This document shows, one piece after another, positions 17,428 to 27,951 of a stretch of 53,073 bases of DNA. The stretch's first letter is position 1. Each line of letters begins with the position of its first letter. The position numbers were made by a program, and so were the translations under genes. Source of the stretch: Chloracidobacterium sp. (GTDB taxonomy: Bacteria > Acidobacteriota > Blastocatellia > Pyrinomonadales > Pyrinomonadaceae); assembly GCA_043739565.1 (NCBI GenBank), contig JAYUDV010000328.1:1-53073 (forward strand), in the 5' to 3' direction. The notes below the pieces were generated by a model. That model did no database searches, was not told where the DNA came from, and worked only from the letters and a program-made list of their open reading frames with translations.

Positions 17428-17967
17428 TTATTGCCTTATCTTTTCAAAAAGCCGTCCTATCTGGGCCGTATGTCTGGCCTCATGCCCGCCCGACAATATG
17501 AGCCACTCCGTCGCGGTGAGATCGCCAAGATATGGATGCGGAAACTTCGATTCTGAAAGTTCATAACTCTCAAAACCTGCACGCAGCGCAGCTAACGCAT
17601 CACGAGTTATTTTCATTTGCTCAAAGGCGCCGGCAATCGAAATATTGCCGGTTGGTTGGACACGCTCGGGTGCCTCCAGCTTGACATCAACGATTGACGA
17701 CAACTTTGATGCAAAATCTTCCGAGATCGCCAAGCTGCCATCCGAAAGCTTACCGTTGGTTTTAGCGGCTTCGATCAATTTCGCGCATATCCTTGCAACG
17801 TTATATTCGACGATCGAAATATGCTCGACGAGCTGTTGGATTGTCCACTTTTCGCCGTCGGGTAATGCGGTCAGTTCTGTTTCGGCAATCTTAGCGACAG
17901 TCTCGCAGAGCCGCTCGCGGATCTTTTCATTTGCCGAGTAGATATCGGCTATCGATTCGTATTTCAT
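17428..17967 (-). CDS. DinB-family (DinB_2) metal-dependent protein
   Basis: 179 aa, four-helix-bundle-like, with conserved His positions including GGHEARHTAQI near the C-terminus. Confidence 0.75.
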   Translation of the reverse strand: MKYESIADIYSANEKIRERLCETVAKIAETELTALPDGEKWTIQQLVEHISIVEYNVARICAKLIEAAKTNGKLSDGSLAISEDFASKLSSIVDVKLEAPERVQPTGNISIAGAFEQMKITRDALAALRAGFESYELSESKFPHPYLGDLTATEWLILSGGHEARHTAQIGRLFEKIRQ

Positions 17968-17972
17968 AGTAT

Positions 17973-19292
17973 TTATTTTGCAGGCAGGGTTGCCTGAGTC
18001 GTTAACGCAAGGCGGTGCCAGCGTGCAAAACTCACAACGCTGTCGCCCTCGTTCCTCATACGTTTAACATATGCCGTCCTTAAATAAAGCAAATCATCGG
18101 CTGTCCAAGCGAGTTCGACGATGGGATTGAATGAAACAAGTAATTTTTCATCCGGCAACGTCGATAATGGCAACTCTGTATTCGGTGCGGAGTTGGCCGG
18201 GGTATTTGAATTTGGGTCTGCGGTTGACGCCTGCAACTGACGCTGCTGCTCGCGGTCATAGGCTTGCGACGAAATCAACAACTGGTTTCTTAGTGGTATT
18301 GCCGCCTGTGTCGGATTTGTTCCGTTGGCGTCGTATAACCGGATCTGGTTGCCAAACGCCGCCGCGATCTTTGCCGAATCGGAGGACCAAACAGGACGAA
18401 CGGCGGTCATATTGTCATCCAGACGGCGTTCGCGGCCATTTTTTTCAATAACCCTGGGCCGACCCTGCGGCACCATAATCTCGCCTTTCGTACCGGCCAT
18501 GATATCCATATATTTCCATTCGCGAGATGTCGTCGCCAGAGCCACGAGCATAGAGCTGTCCGGCGACCATGTGTAATAAAAATAGATCAATCCTTCATTC
18601 TCGGTGACCGGTTTCACGCTGCCGCCATCGGCCCCGCAGAGATAGATCTGTTCGGTGCGAAACGTCAAAATTCCAGTCGGAGCAGGCGGTGTCGGAACCG
18701 GAGCGGGCGTTGGAGTCTCAATGTTCGATTCTTCACCCGCCGAATTTGTGTTGCCCGGCACAGAAGGCTGCGTATTGGCCACCGGATTGACCGGACCAGG
18801 ATATGTAACCATGCTTATGCCGCCGTCCGCTCTTATCATCGCCACAAAAGCCAGCGTTGCGGAATCAGGCGACCACACGATCGTGTCGGGAAAATGCACC
18901 GCCATGGTGTCAGAAGTCAGCTTTTTCAAAAGCTTGCCTTCCGGCATGTACATATCGAGGCGGTATTCCGCCTGCATGTCGGTAATGCGGTGGTAAATTG
19001 CCACGACGCGTTTTTTATCCGGTGAAGTTAACGAACGGTCAAGCAGTTCTTGAGGCCGGTTGGTATCAAAATCAGACTGGACGGCGGCGTTCCTCTCGTC
19101 AGCCACAGCTTTGCCCGTGTCAAGCGTCGGTGCCGGCACATCGGCCTCATACCTAAAATTGAAACGAACCGCCGGAACATCGCGCAAGGTGGGCGGCGGC
19201 GCGCTTTGCGGCTGAAATAGGTTGTTTTGACAGCCTGCGAGTAGCAAAACGCTGCCAAGCAGAACCGTCAAGGGTAACTTTGAAAAACGCAT
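17973..19292 (-). CDS. Lipoprotein with TolB-like PD40 beta-propeller repeats
   Basis: Lipobox LLLAGC after the ATG at 19292 (MRFSKLPLTVLLGSVLLLAGC). Repeated WSPDS-type motifs (IVWSPDSATLAF, YTWSPDSSMLVA, PVWSSDSAKIAA). The track start at 19310 would overlap the upstream gene. Confidence 0.7.
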   Translation of the reverse strand: MRFSKLPLTVLLGSVLLLAGCQNNLFQPQSAPPPTLRDVPAVRFNFRYEADVPAPTLDTGKAVADERNAAVQSDFDTNRPQELLDRSLTSPDKKRVVAIYHRITDMQAEYRLDMYMPEGKLLKKLTSDTMAVHFPDTIVWSPDSATLAFVAMIRADGGISMVTYPGPVNPVANTQPSVPGNTNSAGEESNIETPTPAPVPTPPAPTGILTFRTEQIYLCGADGGSVKPVTENEGLIYFYYTWSPDSSMLVALATTSREWKYMDIMAGTKGEIMVPQGRPRVIEKNGRERRLDDNMTAVRPVWSSDSAKIAAAFGNQIRLYDANGTNPTQAAIPLRNQLLISSQAYDREQQRQLQASTADPNSNTPANSAPNTELPLSTLPDEKLLVSFNPIVELAWTADDLLYLRTAYVKRMRNEGDSVVSFARWHRLALTTQATLPAK

Positions 19293-19296
19293 AACG

Positions 19297-21207
19297 CTAA
19301 AGATCGGCATTCAGGTACTGTTTGTAGAGTTTTTTCTGATCATCTGTGGGCTGTGGAACCGGTGCGAACTCATAATCTGTCCGCGAGTTGTTTCGCAGGG
19401 TTAATGTTATGTCCCGAAGCTTATCAAATCGAAATATCGTGAGCTTTACCTTGTCGTTCGGCTTGCGTCCGCCGATATAGCTCTGCATAAAAGCCTGGTT
19501 GGCCCGGTAGCCATCAACCGCGACAATCTGGTCCCCGGTGTTTAGACCTTCTTCGAAGCCAGGTGCCCCGGCCAAGATCAACCGTACAGTCAGTTTGCCA
19601 TTTTCCTCGGCAAGATCGGCTCCAATAGCCGGGATCGAACGGATCGTCACTGATCCGTCAGCGGCGTCCGACCCGATATACGCCTTTCCTGTGCTGGATT
19701 CCTTTGTATCTAACTGCAAACCAATCCCTTTGATAATTTCCGCATAATCGATATCGGTGGTACCGCGTACGTATTTCGAAAAGAAATCATTCATGCTTTT
19801 TCCGGCCATCATTTCGGCGGTTTTCTGAAAATCCTCAGGCGTATAATTTCTGCCTTTTTTGTAAAACTCGGTGTAGAGATAACGCAGCACGTCGTCTTCG
19901 GATTTTACACCGCCGGATGCCGAGCGGATCGATATGTCGAGCATCATATTTACGATCTCGCCCTTATCGTAATACGAGATCTGATTATTGACGGCGTTTT
20001 CGTCCGGGCGGTATTGCTTGATCCACGAGTCAAAGCTGGCATCCTCGAGACTCGTCTCAAATCTTCCCGGCCTCTCCTGTAGCGACTTTATAGCTCCCGC
20101 TTTTGCACCCAAAAACTCCTTTTCCGTAATGAGTCCGGCCCGCCGGAGTAAGATACCGGAGTAATATTCTGTGCCGCCCTCGGCAACCCAAAGCAGTTTG
20201 GTGTAGTTTTCGTTTTCGTAATCGAACGGACCGAGAGCGTCCGGGCGAATGCGTTTCACATTAAAGGCGTGAAAATATTCGTGAGCTACAAGACCGAGAA
20301 AATTCTTGTACTTGCTCTCGGGCTTGAAGCCAAATCGATTTACTTGCAAAGCCGTCGAATTCAAATGCTCGAGCCCGCCGCCGCCGCGCAAATTTACTAT
20401 AAATGTGTAGTCGTTATACGGCAGCTCGCCAAATATTTTGTACGCCTCCTCGACGATCTTTGCCGCGTCAGCCGCGCATTTCGCCATGTCGTAGTTGCCC
20501 TCGCCGCTAAAGATCATCCGGTGAGGTTTACCCTCGACGTTGAATGCGATCTCTTTGAAATTACTCACCTCAAACGGCGAGTCATAGAGAACATCAAAAT
20601 TCTCTGCCCGAAATGTGTTTACCTGCCCTTCGACCTTGGGCAAGCCTGTCGCTATCTTCCAATCGCCAAATGGCGTTACAGTGACAGTCGACAGTGATTT
20701 GATCTGATCCTTTATATACATCAGCGTCGCGGCGTTGTTCCAAAATCCGTGCTCGTCGTTTAACTCATTGGTACGGACGGTGAGTTCGTTTGAATAGACA
20801 CGATACGTGACAACCATCTCCCGGCTGCCTTTTGTATCCACCTGCCAGGTATTCTTATTTGTTTTTTGCCAAGTCAGGGCGTTGCCGCCCGAATCCTTAC
20901 CCGCGAAATCCTGGATATGGCGTGCATATTCGCGGATCAAATAACTTCCCGGCGTCCAGACCGCCATCTTTAACTCCGTCTTCTCCGGCATTTGGGCCCA
21001 TTTAACGCGCATCTCAACATCGAGCAGATGCGTCCACGGCTTTGGCATCGAAACCGTGTAGGCAATCTCCGGCAAAACGTGCGCCGCCTCCACGGCCGGT
21101 GTTGCGGCTTTCCTAGGTTTTTTTTGAGCGGGCGTTTCCTGATACATTAAAAAATTGACTGCGAGAATCAGAAATATTATAGCCTTTGAACCGATATTTT
21201 TTTGCAT
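19297..21207 (-). CDS. M61 glycyl-aminopeptidase-family metallopeptidase with C-terminal PDZ domain
   Basis: Signal peptide, zinc motif HEYFHAFN, PDZ-like segment GLNTGDQIVAVDG. Confidence 0.85.
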   Translation of the reverse strand: MQKNIGSKAIIFLILAVNFLMYQETPAQKKPRKAATPAVEAAHVLPEIAYTVSMPKPWTHLLDVEMRVKWAQMPEKTELKMAVWTPGSYLIREYARHIQDFAGKDSGGNALTWQKTNKNTWQVDTKGSREMVVTYRVYSNELTVRTNELNDEHGFWNNAATLMYIKDQIKSLSTVTVTPFGDWKIATGLPKVEGQVNTFRAENFDVLYDSPFEVSNFKEIAFNVEGKPHRMIFSGEGNYDMAKCAADAAKIVEEAYKIFGELPYNDYTFIVNLRGGGGLEHLNSTALQVNRFGFKPESKYKNFLGLVAHEYFHAFNVKRIRPDALGPFDYENENYTKLLWVAEGGTEYYSGILLRRAGLITEKEFLGAKAGAIKSLQERPGRFETSLEDASFDSWIKQYRPDENAVNNQISYYDKGEIVNMMLDISIRSASGGVKSEDDVLRYLYTEFYKKGRNYTPEDFQKTAEMMAGKSMNDFFSKYVRGTTDIDYAEIIKGIGLQLDTKESSTGKAYIGSDAADGSVTIRSIPAIGADLAEENGKLTVRLILAGAPGFEEGLNTGDQIVAVDGYRANQAFMQSYIGGRKPNDKVKLTIFRFDKLRDITLTLRNNSRTDYEFAPVPQPTDDQKKLYKQYLNADL

Positions 21208-21308
21208 TACTTTTGGTAATCTCCAACGAGATGTTATTGTTTATTTTCTTGTTATCTTACTATAATTTCACGATTTGAGCAGTTGCGAGTCTGCGTTTCA
21301 AGACCTGA

Positions 21309-22577
21309 ATGAATCCGGAAATACCAGCCGAAAACCCAACCGACGACGATAACGAAAAGTTTTTCACCACGCCTCTCATAATTATTTTCGTTACGGTTTT
21401 TATTGACCTCATCGGCTTCGGAATGGTTATTCCGATACTTCCCTTTTACGCAAACACTCCGCCTTTTAACGCGACGCCGCGGGACATTGGTTTTCTGGTT
21501 GCGTCGTATTCGTTGATGCAGTTCTTCTTTTCGCCTGTGCTGGGGCGGCTTTCGGATAGATACGGGCGTCGGCCGATTTTGTTTATCAGCTTGCTCGGCT
21601 CGGCTGCCGGTTATTTTGTACTGGGTTTTGCGAATACTATATTTCTTGTCTTTCTGGGGCGAATAATTGGTGGAATAACTGGCGGCAATATCTCAACGGC
21701 TCAGGCCTACATCGCGGACGTCACATCGAAAAAAAACCGTGCCAAGGGCATGGGGCTTTTTGGCGCAGCGTTTGGGCTTGGTTTTATTTTGGGGCCGGCG
21801 ATGGCGGGAATTTTGAGCAAATATGGTATTCAAGTGCCGTTTTATTTTGCCGCTGCTCTTTCTCTGGCTAACGCTACAGCTCTTTACTTTATATTGCCTG
21901 AATCTTTAAAAGCGAGCGCCCGAGCCATTCTGCCGGAGCGCAAAAATCGAATTCTCGAACTATTTGAATCGCTAAAAGATAAAGAGTTCCGCGAGATCAA
22001 CCTCGTGTATTTTCTGCTGGTTACGGCCTTTTCGATAATGACATACGCCTTTGTTCTCTACACGGCGTATCGGTTTGAATACAGCCCGGAGCAAAACGGT
22101 TATCTTTTCGCTTTTGTCGGCTTGGTTTCGATCCTGGCTCAGGGATTACTGTTTAGCCGGCTCGTAAAAAAATTCGGCGAGCCCCCGTTGATCGTTGTCG
22201 GGTGCCTTTTTATGGTGGCGAGCTTATTTGCGGTTCCGCTCGTCGGACCACGATCCGGTGGCCTGATAGGGCTGCTCCTCGGCACCGCTGTTTTATCCTT
22301 GGGTAACTCGTTAGCCTCGCCTGGATTAACAAGCCTTGCCTCCAAAAGCGCCGACGAGCACGATCAAGGCCGCACGATGGGGATCTTGCAGTCGGGAGCA
22401 AGTATGGCACGCGCCATCGGCCCGATTATCGGCGGCTTGCTGCTCAATAACACGGCGAATGTGCTTGACGATTTTACGCTCTACCGCACATTCTGGACCG
22501 CATCGGCAATAATGTTCGTTGCGTTTCTGGTGGCTGTTTATTTTGCAAGATCGATAAAGAGCGGAACCACGAAATAA
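21309..22577 (+). CDS. MFS transporter (Tet/TCR-like drug:H+ antiporter family)
   Basis: About 12 hydrophobic segments. MFS motif A GRLSDRYGRRP. Confidence 0.85.
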   Translation: MNPEIPAENPTDDDNEKFFTTPLIIIFVTVFIDLIGFGMVIPILPFYANTPPFNATPRDIGFLVASYSLMQFFFSPVLGRLSDRYGRRPILFISLLGSAAGYFVLGFANTIFLVFLGRIIGGITGGNISTAQAYIADVTSKKNRAKGMGLFGAAFGLGFILGPAMAGILSKYGIQVPFYFAAALSLANATALYFILPESLKASARAILPERKNRILELFESLKDKEFREINLVYFLLVTAFSIMTYAFVLYTAYRFEYSPEQNGYLFAFVGLVSILAQGLLFSRLVKKFGEPPLIVVGCLFMVASLFAVPLVGPRSGGLIGLLLGTAVLSLGNSLASPGLTSLASKSADEHDQGRTMGILQSGASMARAIGPIIGGLLLNNTANVLDDFTLYRTFWTASAIMFVAFLVAVYFARSIKSGTTK

Positions 22578-22629
22578 CACCAAACAACACGAATACTTTT
22601 GGTTTTAACTTAGCGGGGATTCGTGATCA

Positions 22630-25617
22630 TCATTTTTGGCTCCCAGCGCGGCGGCGGCCGTTGGCATGGGCGGTGGGGAATACAAGCCGAAAAGTGGCTC
22701 CTGAGCCATTTTCGCTTCTGGCTTCGATGGTTCCGGCGTGTTCCTGAATTATTCCGTAGGAGACGGCCAAACCGAGCCCTGTGCCGGAGCCGACTTCTTT
22801 TGTAGTAAAAAAGGGATCGAATACTTTCTTGAGATTTTCTGCGGGAATTCCCTCGCCGGTATCAGAGACCTCGACGACAGCAACACCGTCCTGAAGAAAC
22901 GTTTTGAGCGTGATCGTTCCGCCGCTAAACATTGCATCTTTCGCATTTAGTATCAAATTAGTAAATACCTGTTGTAGCTTGCCGCCGCTACCCGATATTC
23001 GGGGCGGCATTTCAGCGTAATCCTTGACAATCGCTATATTCGATTGGCGAAGCTGCGGTTCGAGCAGCTGGAGAGTGTCATTTAAAAGTTTGTTGATATC
23101 GATCTCAACAAATTCTTCCGAGTTGCCGGTTCGCGAAAAATTAAGCAAGTTACCGACGATATTAGAAGCCCGATCTGTCTGCCGCTGCATTTTTTGCAGG
23201 AGCGCATGCTTCGGATCGGTTTCGGGTATCATTCCCAAAAGCATCTGCGTGTAACTCGAAACTCCCGTCAACGGCGTATTGACCTCGTGAGCAACGCCGG
23301 CGGCCAGCAAGCCGATACTCGAGAGCTTTTCACTCTGCTGCACGGTCTCTTCGAGTTTGACCCGCGATGTCACATTTTCGAGTACAATGATCGCACCCGT
23401 TTGCTGATTCGAGACCGATCGCAGGGGCGCGACCGCAACGTTTAGGATCAGTGACCGCCCGCTCTTATCAAAAGTGTGCAATTTGTAGGCATTTCGTACC
23501 TCCGTCAGATGCCAGCGAGATTTTCCCAGAATATTCTCGAGATTCAGGGCAAAACTTTCGTCAAATACATCGTTGACCAATCGTCCGACCGCCTGATCAC
23601 GGGCAAGGCCCATCATTTCCTCGAACGGCGAATTCGAACGCAAGATCCGGCCATCTTCATCGACCGCAAGCAACCCGACATTGACTGATTCGACGATCGA
23701 CTCGTTAAACTCCTTTAAGAGCGCAAGTTCCTCAGTGTACTGTTTTTGTTGGGTATAAAGACGGCTGTTCTCGATAGCAACCGCAATATATCCGGATATC
23801 GTGCGCAGAATTTCGAGATCCTCCGACGACAAGAGCGACCCGTCAGTCCCCCGGCCCAGGCCAATGACCGCGACCATCTTTCCGCCTACAACGCACGGGA
23901 CAAAGTAATGCAATTCCTGTCGGACAAACGCTTTCCCTTTGCCATTTCCATTACCGTTTTCGCCGTCAGGGGCGATTTCCAGATCTGGAACATCTAATTC
24001 ATCCGCGCGAACAACGCCTTTTCCGGCCGATTTTTGGCGTATCATGGTTCGGAAATCAGCCGGAATCGTGTACTTTCCGCCCAGGCCGACCGATTTGGCC
24101 AGCCGGTAATGCACGGCCGCGTCATCATCTTCGATAAATACTGCTACCTTTTGAACGTCCAATACCTGCCGCAGACGTTCGATCAATCCATCAAGAAGCG
24201 GGTCAAGAGCGGTTGTTGCCGAGAGCGTCTTTCCGAAATCCAGCAAACCCTGCCGCAGATCATAGCGTTCGCCGTAAAAAAACCTGTCGGCACGCTCCTG
24301 AAGAAATTTCTTAAGCGGTTCGCTTAGCAAAACAATGGCTCCCATCGCCACGATCGCGATCAGTGCGCGAAGCGTGATCTCAGTGGTTGAGAGGTCATTA
24401 CCGACCGCCAGAAATACCAGCCCAAGAGCTACAGCACCGATCATCATCGCGATTGCTGCCGTCGTCATAGCATAAACGAGAGCACGACGTACAACCACGT
24501 CAACGTCCATCAACCGGTATCGAACAACCGAGTGGCCAAAACTCAATGGAATTAAGGCAAGCGGCAGCGTCGTTATGGCGGCGCTGAAATTATCGTTGGG
24601 TATCTGAATGGCAAATCGCCCAACCAGCTGCATCAGAACCACCGGCACGATCGCGGCGATTGTGCCCCACATCGCCCATTTCAGACGCTGTCTTACAACG
24701 GGCTGATGATTCTTAAAGAATCGCCAGACCAGAACAAACGCTCCGGCCGATACTCCCACGACAAAATGGTAAAGAGCGAGCCGGTATGTTAGTCCGGTGA
24801 GGTTAAACCGATCGTCCAACCCGGCAATGGATTCAGCGACCGACGTCCTGACCAAAAGTTGCGGTATAATCGCTAAAGAGATCTGCAAGAAGGACAACAG
24901 GGTCGCCGGGACATAGAGTATGTAAGTTTTCCAGTGTTTTTCGGCAAAAACGTCACTTCTAACCGGATATCGGATGCAAAAATGGAGAAAAAGAGCGACG
25001 AAAAAGGCAAAAGCTATTCCGTCGATCAGATCAACGGCCAGATCAAAATCCTCTCCCGTCCCGAGTGAGCGATAGACCTGAAAAACGAATGCGGCCAGGC
25101 AAACCGTGGCAAAGTGAAGTACAAACGGCGAGCGACTGCCCTGTTTGAACAAAACAAATATACCGACGCCTAGCCAAATGAGGCCCACAATCGACAAAAA
25201 TATGATCGACGGCGTCCATCTCGGTACCGAGTCGATGTGGCGTAGATCGGCGAAATAGAAATTATCGGAAAACGAATAGGCGGGTTTCTGGTAAAAGTAA
25301 GTTAAATTACCGTCAACTCCAGCAGCTTCCAAGTACATTTGAACATCTGCGGCACTCGTTATTTCTTCGGTTTTGTCACCGTCTAATCCGACGCCGATCA
25401 ATTTGTCACCGACCGAAATGCCGGCTCGCGAACCTGCATAACCTGGAGTTACTTTTGCCGCATAAATGCCGTCAGCCGTTTGAGCCCATCCAACTCCGTC
25501 GGTCGGTGGCAATTTTTTAAGGGCACGCTGCGACAGGTTTAGTGCACCGCCCGCTACCAAAAGGACGGAAGCCAAAAGCCATATCAGGCTCCCACTTGTA
25601 AACACTTTCCCCTTCAT
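22630..25617 (-). CDS. Sensor histidine kinase: N-terminal PDZ-like periplasmic domain, polytopic membrane domain, GAF, PAS, HisKA, HATPase_c
   Basis: PDZ-like GISVGDKLIGVGLDG, about 10 TM segments, H-box AHEVNTPLTGV, N-box LILNAKDAM, G-boxes DTGEGI and GSGTGLGLAV. Confidence 0.9.
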   Translation of the reverse strand: MKGKVFTSGSLIWLLASVLLVAGGALNLSQRALKKLPPTDGVGWAQTADGIYAAKVTPGYAGSRAGISVGDKLIGVGLDGDKTEEITSAADVQMYLEAAGVDGNLTYFYQKPAYSFSDNFYFADLRHIDSVPRWTPSIIFLSIVGLIWLGVGIFVLFKQGSRSPFVLHFATVCLAAFVFQVYRSLGTGEDFDLAVDLIDGIAFAFFVALFLHFCIRYPVRSDVFAEKHWKTYILYVPATLLSFLQISLAIIPQLLVRTSVAESIAGLDDRFNLTGLTYRLALYHFVVGVSAGAFVLVWRFFKNHQPVVRQRLKWAMWGTIAAIVPVVLMQLVGRFAIQIPNDNFSAAITTLPLALIPLSFGHSVVRYRLMDVDVVVRRALVYAMTTAAIAMMIGAVALGLVFLAVGNDLSTTEITLRALIAIVAMGAIVLLSEPLKKFLQERADRFFYGERYDLRQGLLDFGKTLSATTALDPLLDGLIERLRQVLDVQKVAVFIEDDDAAVHYRLAKSVGLGGKYTIPADFRTMIRQKSAGKGVVRADELDVPDLEIAPDGENGNGNGKGKAFVRQELHYFVPCVVGGKMVAVIGLGRGTDGSLLSSEDLEILRTISGYIAVAIENSRLYTQQKQYTEELALLKEFNESIVESVNVGLLAVDEDGRILRSNSPFEEMMGLARDQAVGRLVNDVFDESFALNLENILGKSRWHLTEVRNAYKLHTFDKSGRSLILNVAVAPLRSVSNQQTGAIIVLENVTSRVKLEETVQQSEKLSSIGLLAAGVAHEVNTPLTGVSSYTQMLLGMIPETDPKHALLQKMQRQTDRASNIVGNLLNFSRTGNSEEFVEIDINKLLNDTLQLLEPQLRQSNIAIVKDYAEMPPRISGSGGKLQQVFTNLILNAKDAMFSGGTITLKTFLQDGVAVVEVSDTGEGIPAENLKKVFDPFFTTKEVGSGTGLGLAVSYGIIQEHAGTIEARSENGSGATFRLVFPTAHANGRRRAGSQK

Positions 25618-25869
25618 TAATTCAAGACAAACTTCGCCAAGGGTTTCTTAACGCAAAATGCGTTCCATTAAGCGATAAACATCAAACCCGACAGGTAACA
25701 ACGATTTATTCCAAGATTTACTGCTTAAGAGGTGCTACCCAGCCGAACGTCATTCAGCAATTTGCTTTACAATCCGAGAATTTGGACAAAAAAATAGGCC
25801 ACCCAGAAATCGAAAGTTCCCGGAGAAAACATTGATCTCCGTAAACTCATCCGTTCTCAGCGGCAAATT

Positions 25870-27696
25870 CTAAAATCTGACCTGAATGCCGCCCCGCAAC
25901 ATCATCCGCTGGGCGTTCAATCTAAGGCTGCCATCTTCGCCGACGACACCCGATTGAAAATCAAAAATATTACGCGCGTCAACAATCGCCTGAGCCCTTA
26001 TCGGAAGACCGAGCGTTGGTAAACTCTGCGTTATCACTACACTAAGGCCTGGATCGTAAATAGCCAGTCTGCCCTTGAACGGGTCAATCGCGAAAACCGT
26101 CGCCTGCGATGAAAGACGAAAGACCGTTTTCACGCTCGTACCCGTCTTCAGATCAGCCGCCAGTTGAGCAAAGAATGATTGGAAAAAGTCGCCTTCAAAA
26201 ATATTCGAAGGATTGGTCAGGGCCGATTTGGAAATCTTCTGCCCTTTGCCGAACGAATAACCAGCGGACGTCGAAAATATTCCACTCATTCTACGGCTGT
26301 AAACCACTCTCAATCCGCTTGCCTTGCCTTGTTGATTCGCGACAAATTCACCAAAACCATCACCGCCAAGTGTGTCAAAGGCAAGGCTGTTCAATCCGAC
26401 ACCGCGACCCAGCGTCGTATCAAAAAAGACATTCGCCTCAATACTTGAGCTGTTGTCGAGAATTCGTTCAATACCAAATTCGAGCCGCCGGCTCCGGTTC
26501 ATCTGGGGTTTGCCGTTGACCAAGTACAGATCCTCAATCGAAACCGGTTCGCTAAATGCAATGCTTTCACCCTCTAGATCAACCGCATGCGCCCAGGATT
26601 TCGCTTCAGTCTGCGTAGTAAATGCAGTACGAAAACGGGTCTTTGCATCGATGTCAAACTGCAAACCAACGCGAGGCGATAACGCCGAACTATTGGCGGC
26701 ACCCATATACCGCGAATAGTCGAAACCGAGGACAAGTATCACACCATCACGAAGTTTCCATTCATCCAGTGCTTGAAACGAGATCTGGCCGAGTTGTCTT
26801 TCGCTCGGACCAAAAACTATGTTTCCGAGTCGTCCGGCCGAAGAATTAAGCCTGATTTGATGGTCACTCGCAGGTCGGAATTTGAAATCTACTTCGAGCC
26901 TCTGCGGGGCATTTTTACCCACGCCGGTCTGTCCCGCTAAAATAACCTCAGCCTTAGCCCCGGCGGGCAGCATCGTGGCAAAATTCAGGCCGCCGTAGGC
27001 GCCTTGCTTCGAACTCGCGAAATAGGTCTCAACCACCGTTTGGCTTTTTCGGCTCGAAGACCTTTCGTCCGGGATACTGACATCCGCTTTGGAATCAGCG
27101 TCGCTTGCGGTCGTTTTATCTTCGTCTATTTGAGGCTTACCCTGTCGATGCTGATAGATCGATCGCTGTGATTGGGCCGCGCGTATTCGCCATTTGGAGC
27201 TATTTCGATCGAGATGCTTTTCAGGCAGCGTGTTGCCGCTGCCGGCTCGTTCTAGTTGGAAACCGTAATTCACCTCGGCCGCACGTCCCACCTCGACACC
27301 TAAAAGCGTAACGGGATTAAACCCCTGCGCGACAGCAAGCAGCGTATAGGTACCAGGTAATATCTTTGCCAAAAAAGTGCCATCCGAGGCCGAAGATACC
27401 TGTTTTAATAATTTGGATGTACCGCCGCGAAAGATCGCAACCGTTGCGTCCCCGATCGGGCTTCCGCCCTCGTCGCGGACGATTCCCCGGATAACACCGA
27501 GACTTCCGCTTTTTTCAATCGTTATTTTGGCACCAGCAGCGGACGCGGCAGCAAAAATTCCCGTCGCCGTAATTAGCAACAAAAATAAGGGCCGTAAACA
27601 TGACCACGAAAAACTCTTTAAACTATTAGTGAACCGCATTAGAAAAGCCAATACCAGTAACTTTCGTATTCTGTTCGCAAAAAGCAAATGTGTCAA
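25870..27696 (-). CDS. Outer-membrane beta-barrel protein with N-terminal carboxypeptidase-regulatory-like domain
   Basis: CarboxypepD_reg-like IRGIVRDEGGSPIGDATVAIFRGG...GTYTLLAV, alternating beta-strand pattern, C-terminal ...GGIQVRF. The true start is probably the internal M at about 27639 (MRFTNSL...signal). Confidence 0.7.
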   Translation of the reverse strand: MTHLLFANRIRKLLVLAFLMRFTNSLKSFSWSCLRPLFLLLITATGIFAAASAAGAKITIEKSGSLGVIRGIVRDEGGSPIGDATVAIFRGGTSKLLKQVSSASDGTFLAKILPGTYTLLAVAQGFNPVTLLGVEVGRAAEVNYGFQLERAGSGNTLPEKHLDRNSSKWRIRAAQSQRSIYQHRQGKPQIDEDKTTASDADSKADVSIPDERSSSRKSQTVVETYFASSKQGAYGGLNFATMLPAGAKAEVILAGQTGVGKNAPQRLEVDFKFRPASDHQIRLNSSAGRLGNIVFGPSERQLGQISFQALDEWKLRDGVILVLGFDYSRYMGAANSSALSPRVGLQFDIDAKTRFRTAFTTQTEAKSWAHAVDLEGESIAFSEPVSIEDLYLVNGKPQMNRSRRLEFGIERILDNSSSIEANVFFDTTLGRGVGLNSLAFDTLGGDGFGEFVANQQGKASGLRVVYSRRMSGIFSTSAGYSFGKGQKISKSALTNPSNIFEGDFFQSFFAQLAADLKTGTSVKTVFRLSSQATVFAIDPFKGRLAIYDPGLSVVITQSLPTLGLPIRAQAIVDARNIFDFQSGVVGEDGSLRLNAQRMMLRGGIQVRF

Positions 27697-27779
27697 GCCC
27701 GCACGGGCAACGTATTTGGATCGTAGGATGCGTTTAACTTGACAAAGTTTGCCCCGTCGCTAAGAATTATAAAGCATAC

Positions 27780-27870
27780 GGAGACGTGGCTGAGCGGCTG
27801 AAAGCGGCGGTTTGCTAAATCGTTGTAGCGTTAAAACCTACCACAGGTTCGAATCCTGTCGTCTCCGCCA
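27780..27870 (+). tRNA. tRNA-Ser (anticodon GCU), CCA encoded
   Basis: Acceptor GGAGACG/CGTCTCC, anticodon loop TTGCTAA, long variable arm, T-arm ACAGG TTCGAAT CCTGT, 3' GCCA. Confidence 0.9.
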
Positions 27871-27951
27871 TTTTTTATTAAGGCGAGCTATCAAATTTTG
27901 GTTTGATAGCTTTTCGTGTTTTTGCGCTATCGTTCTTCTGTTAGATACGAC

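Noticed and set aside
25618-25869. 252-nt intergenic region between the histidine kinase and the outer-membrane protein genes, as a possible sRNA or riboswitch.
   Set aside because: I could not find convincing conserved-looking stems, a terminator or known riboswitch motifs by eye. It most likely holds the kinase promoter and the OMP gene's 3' UTR.
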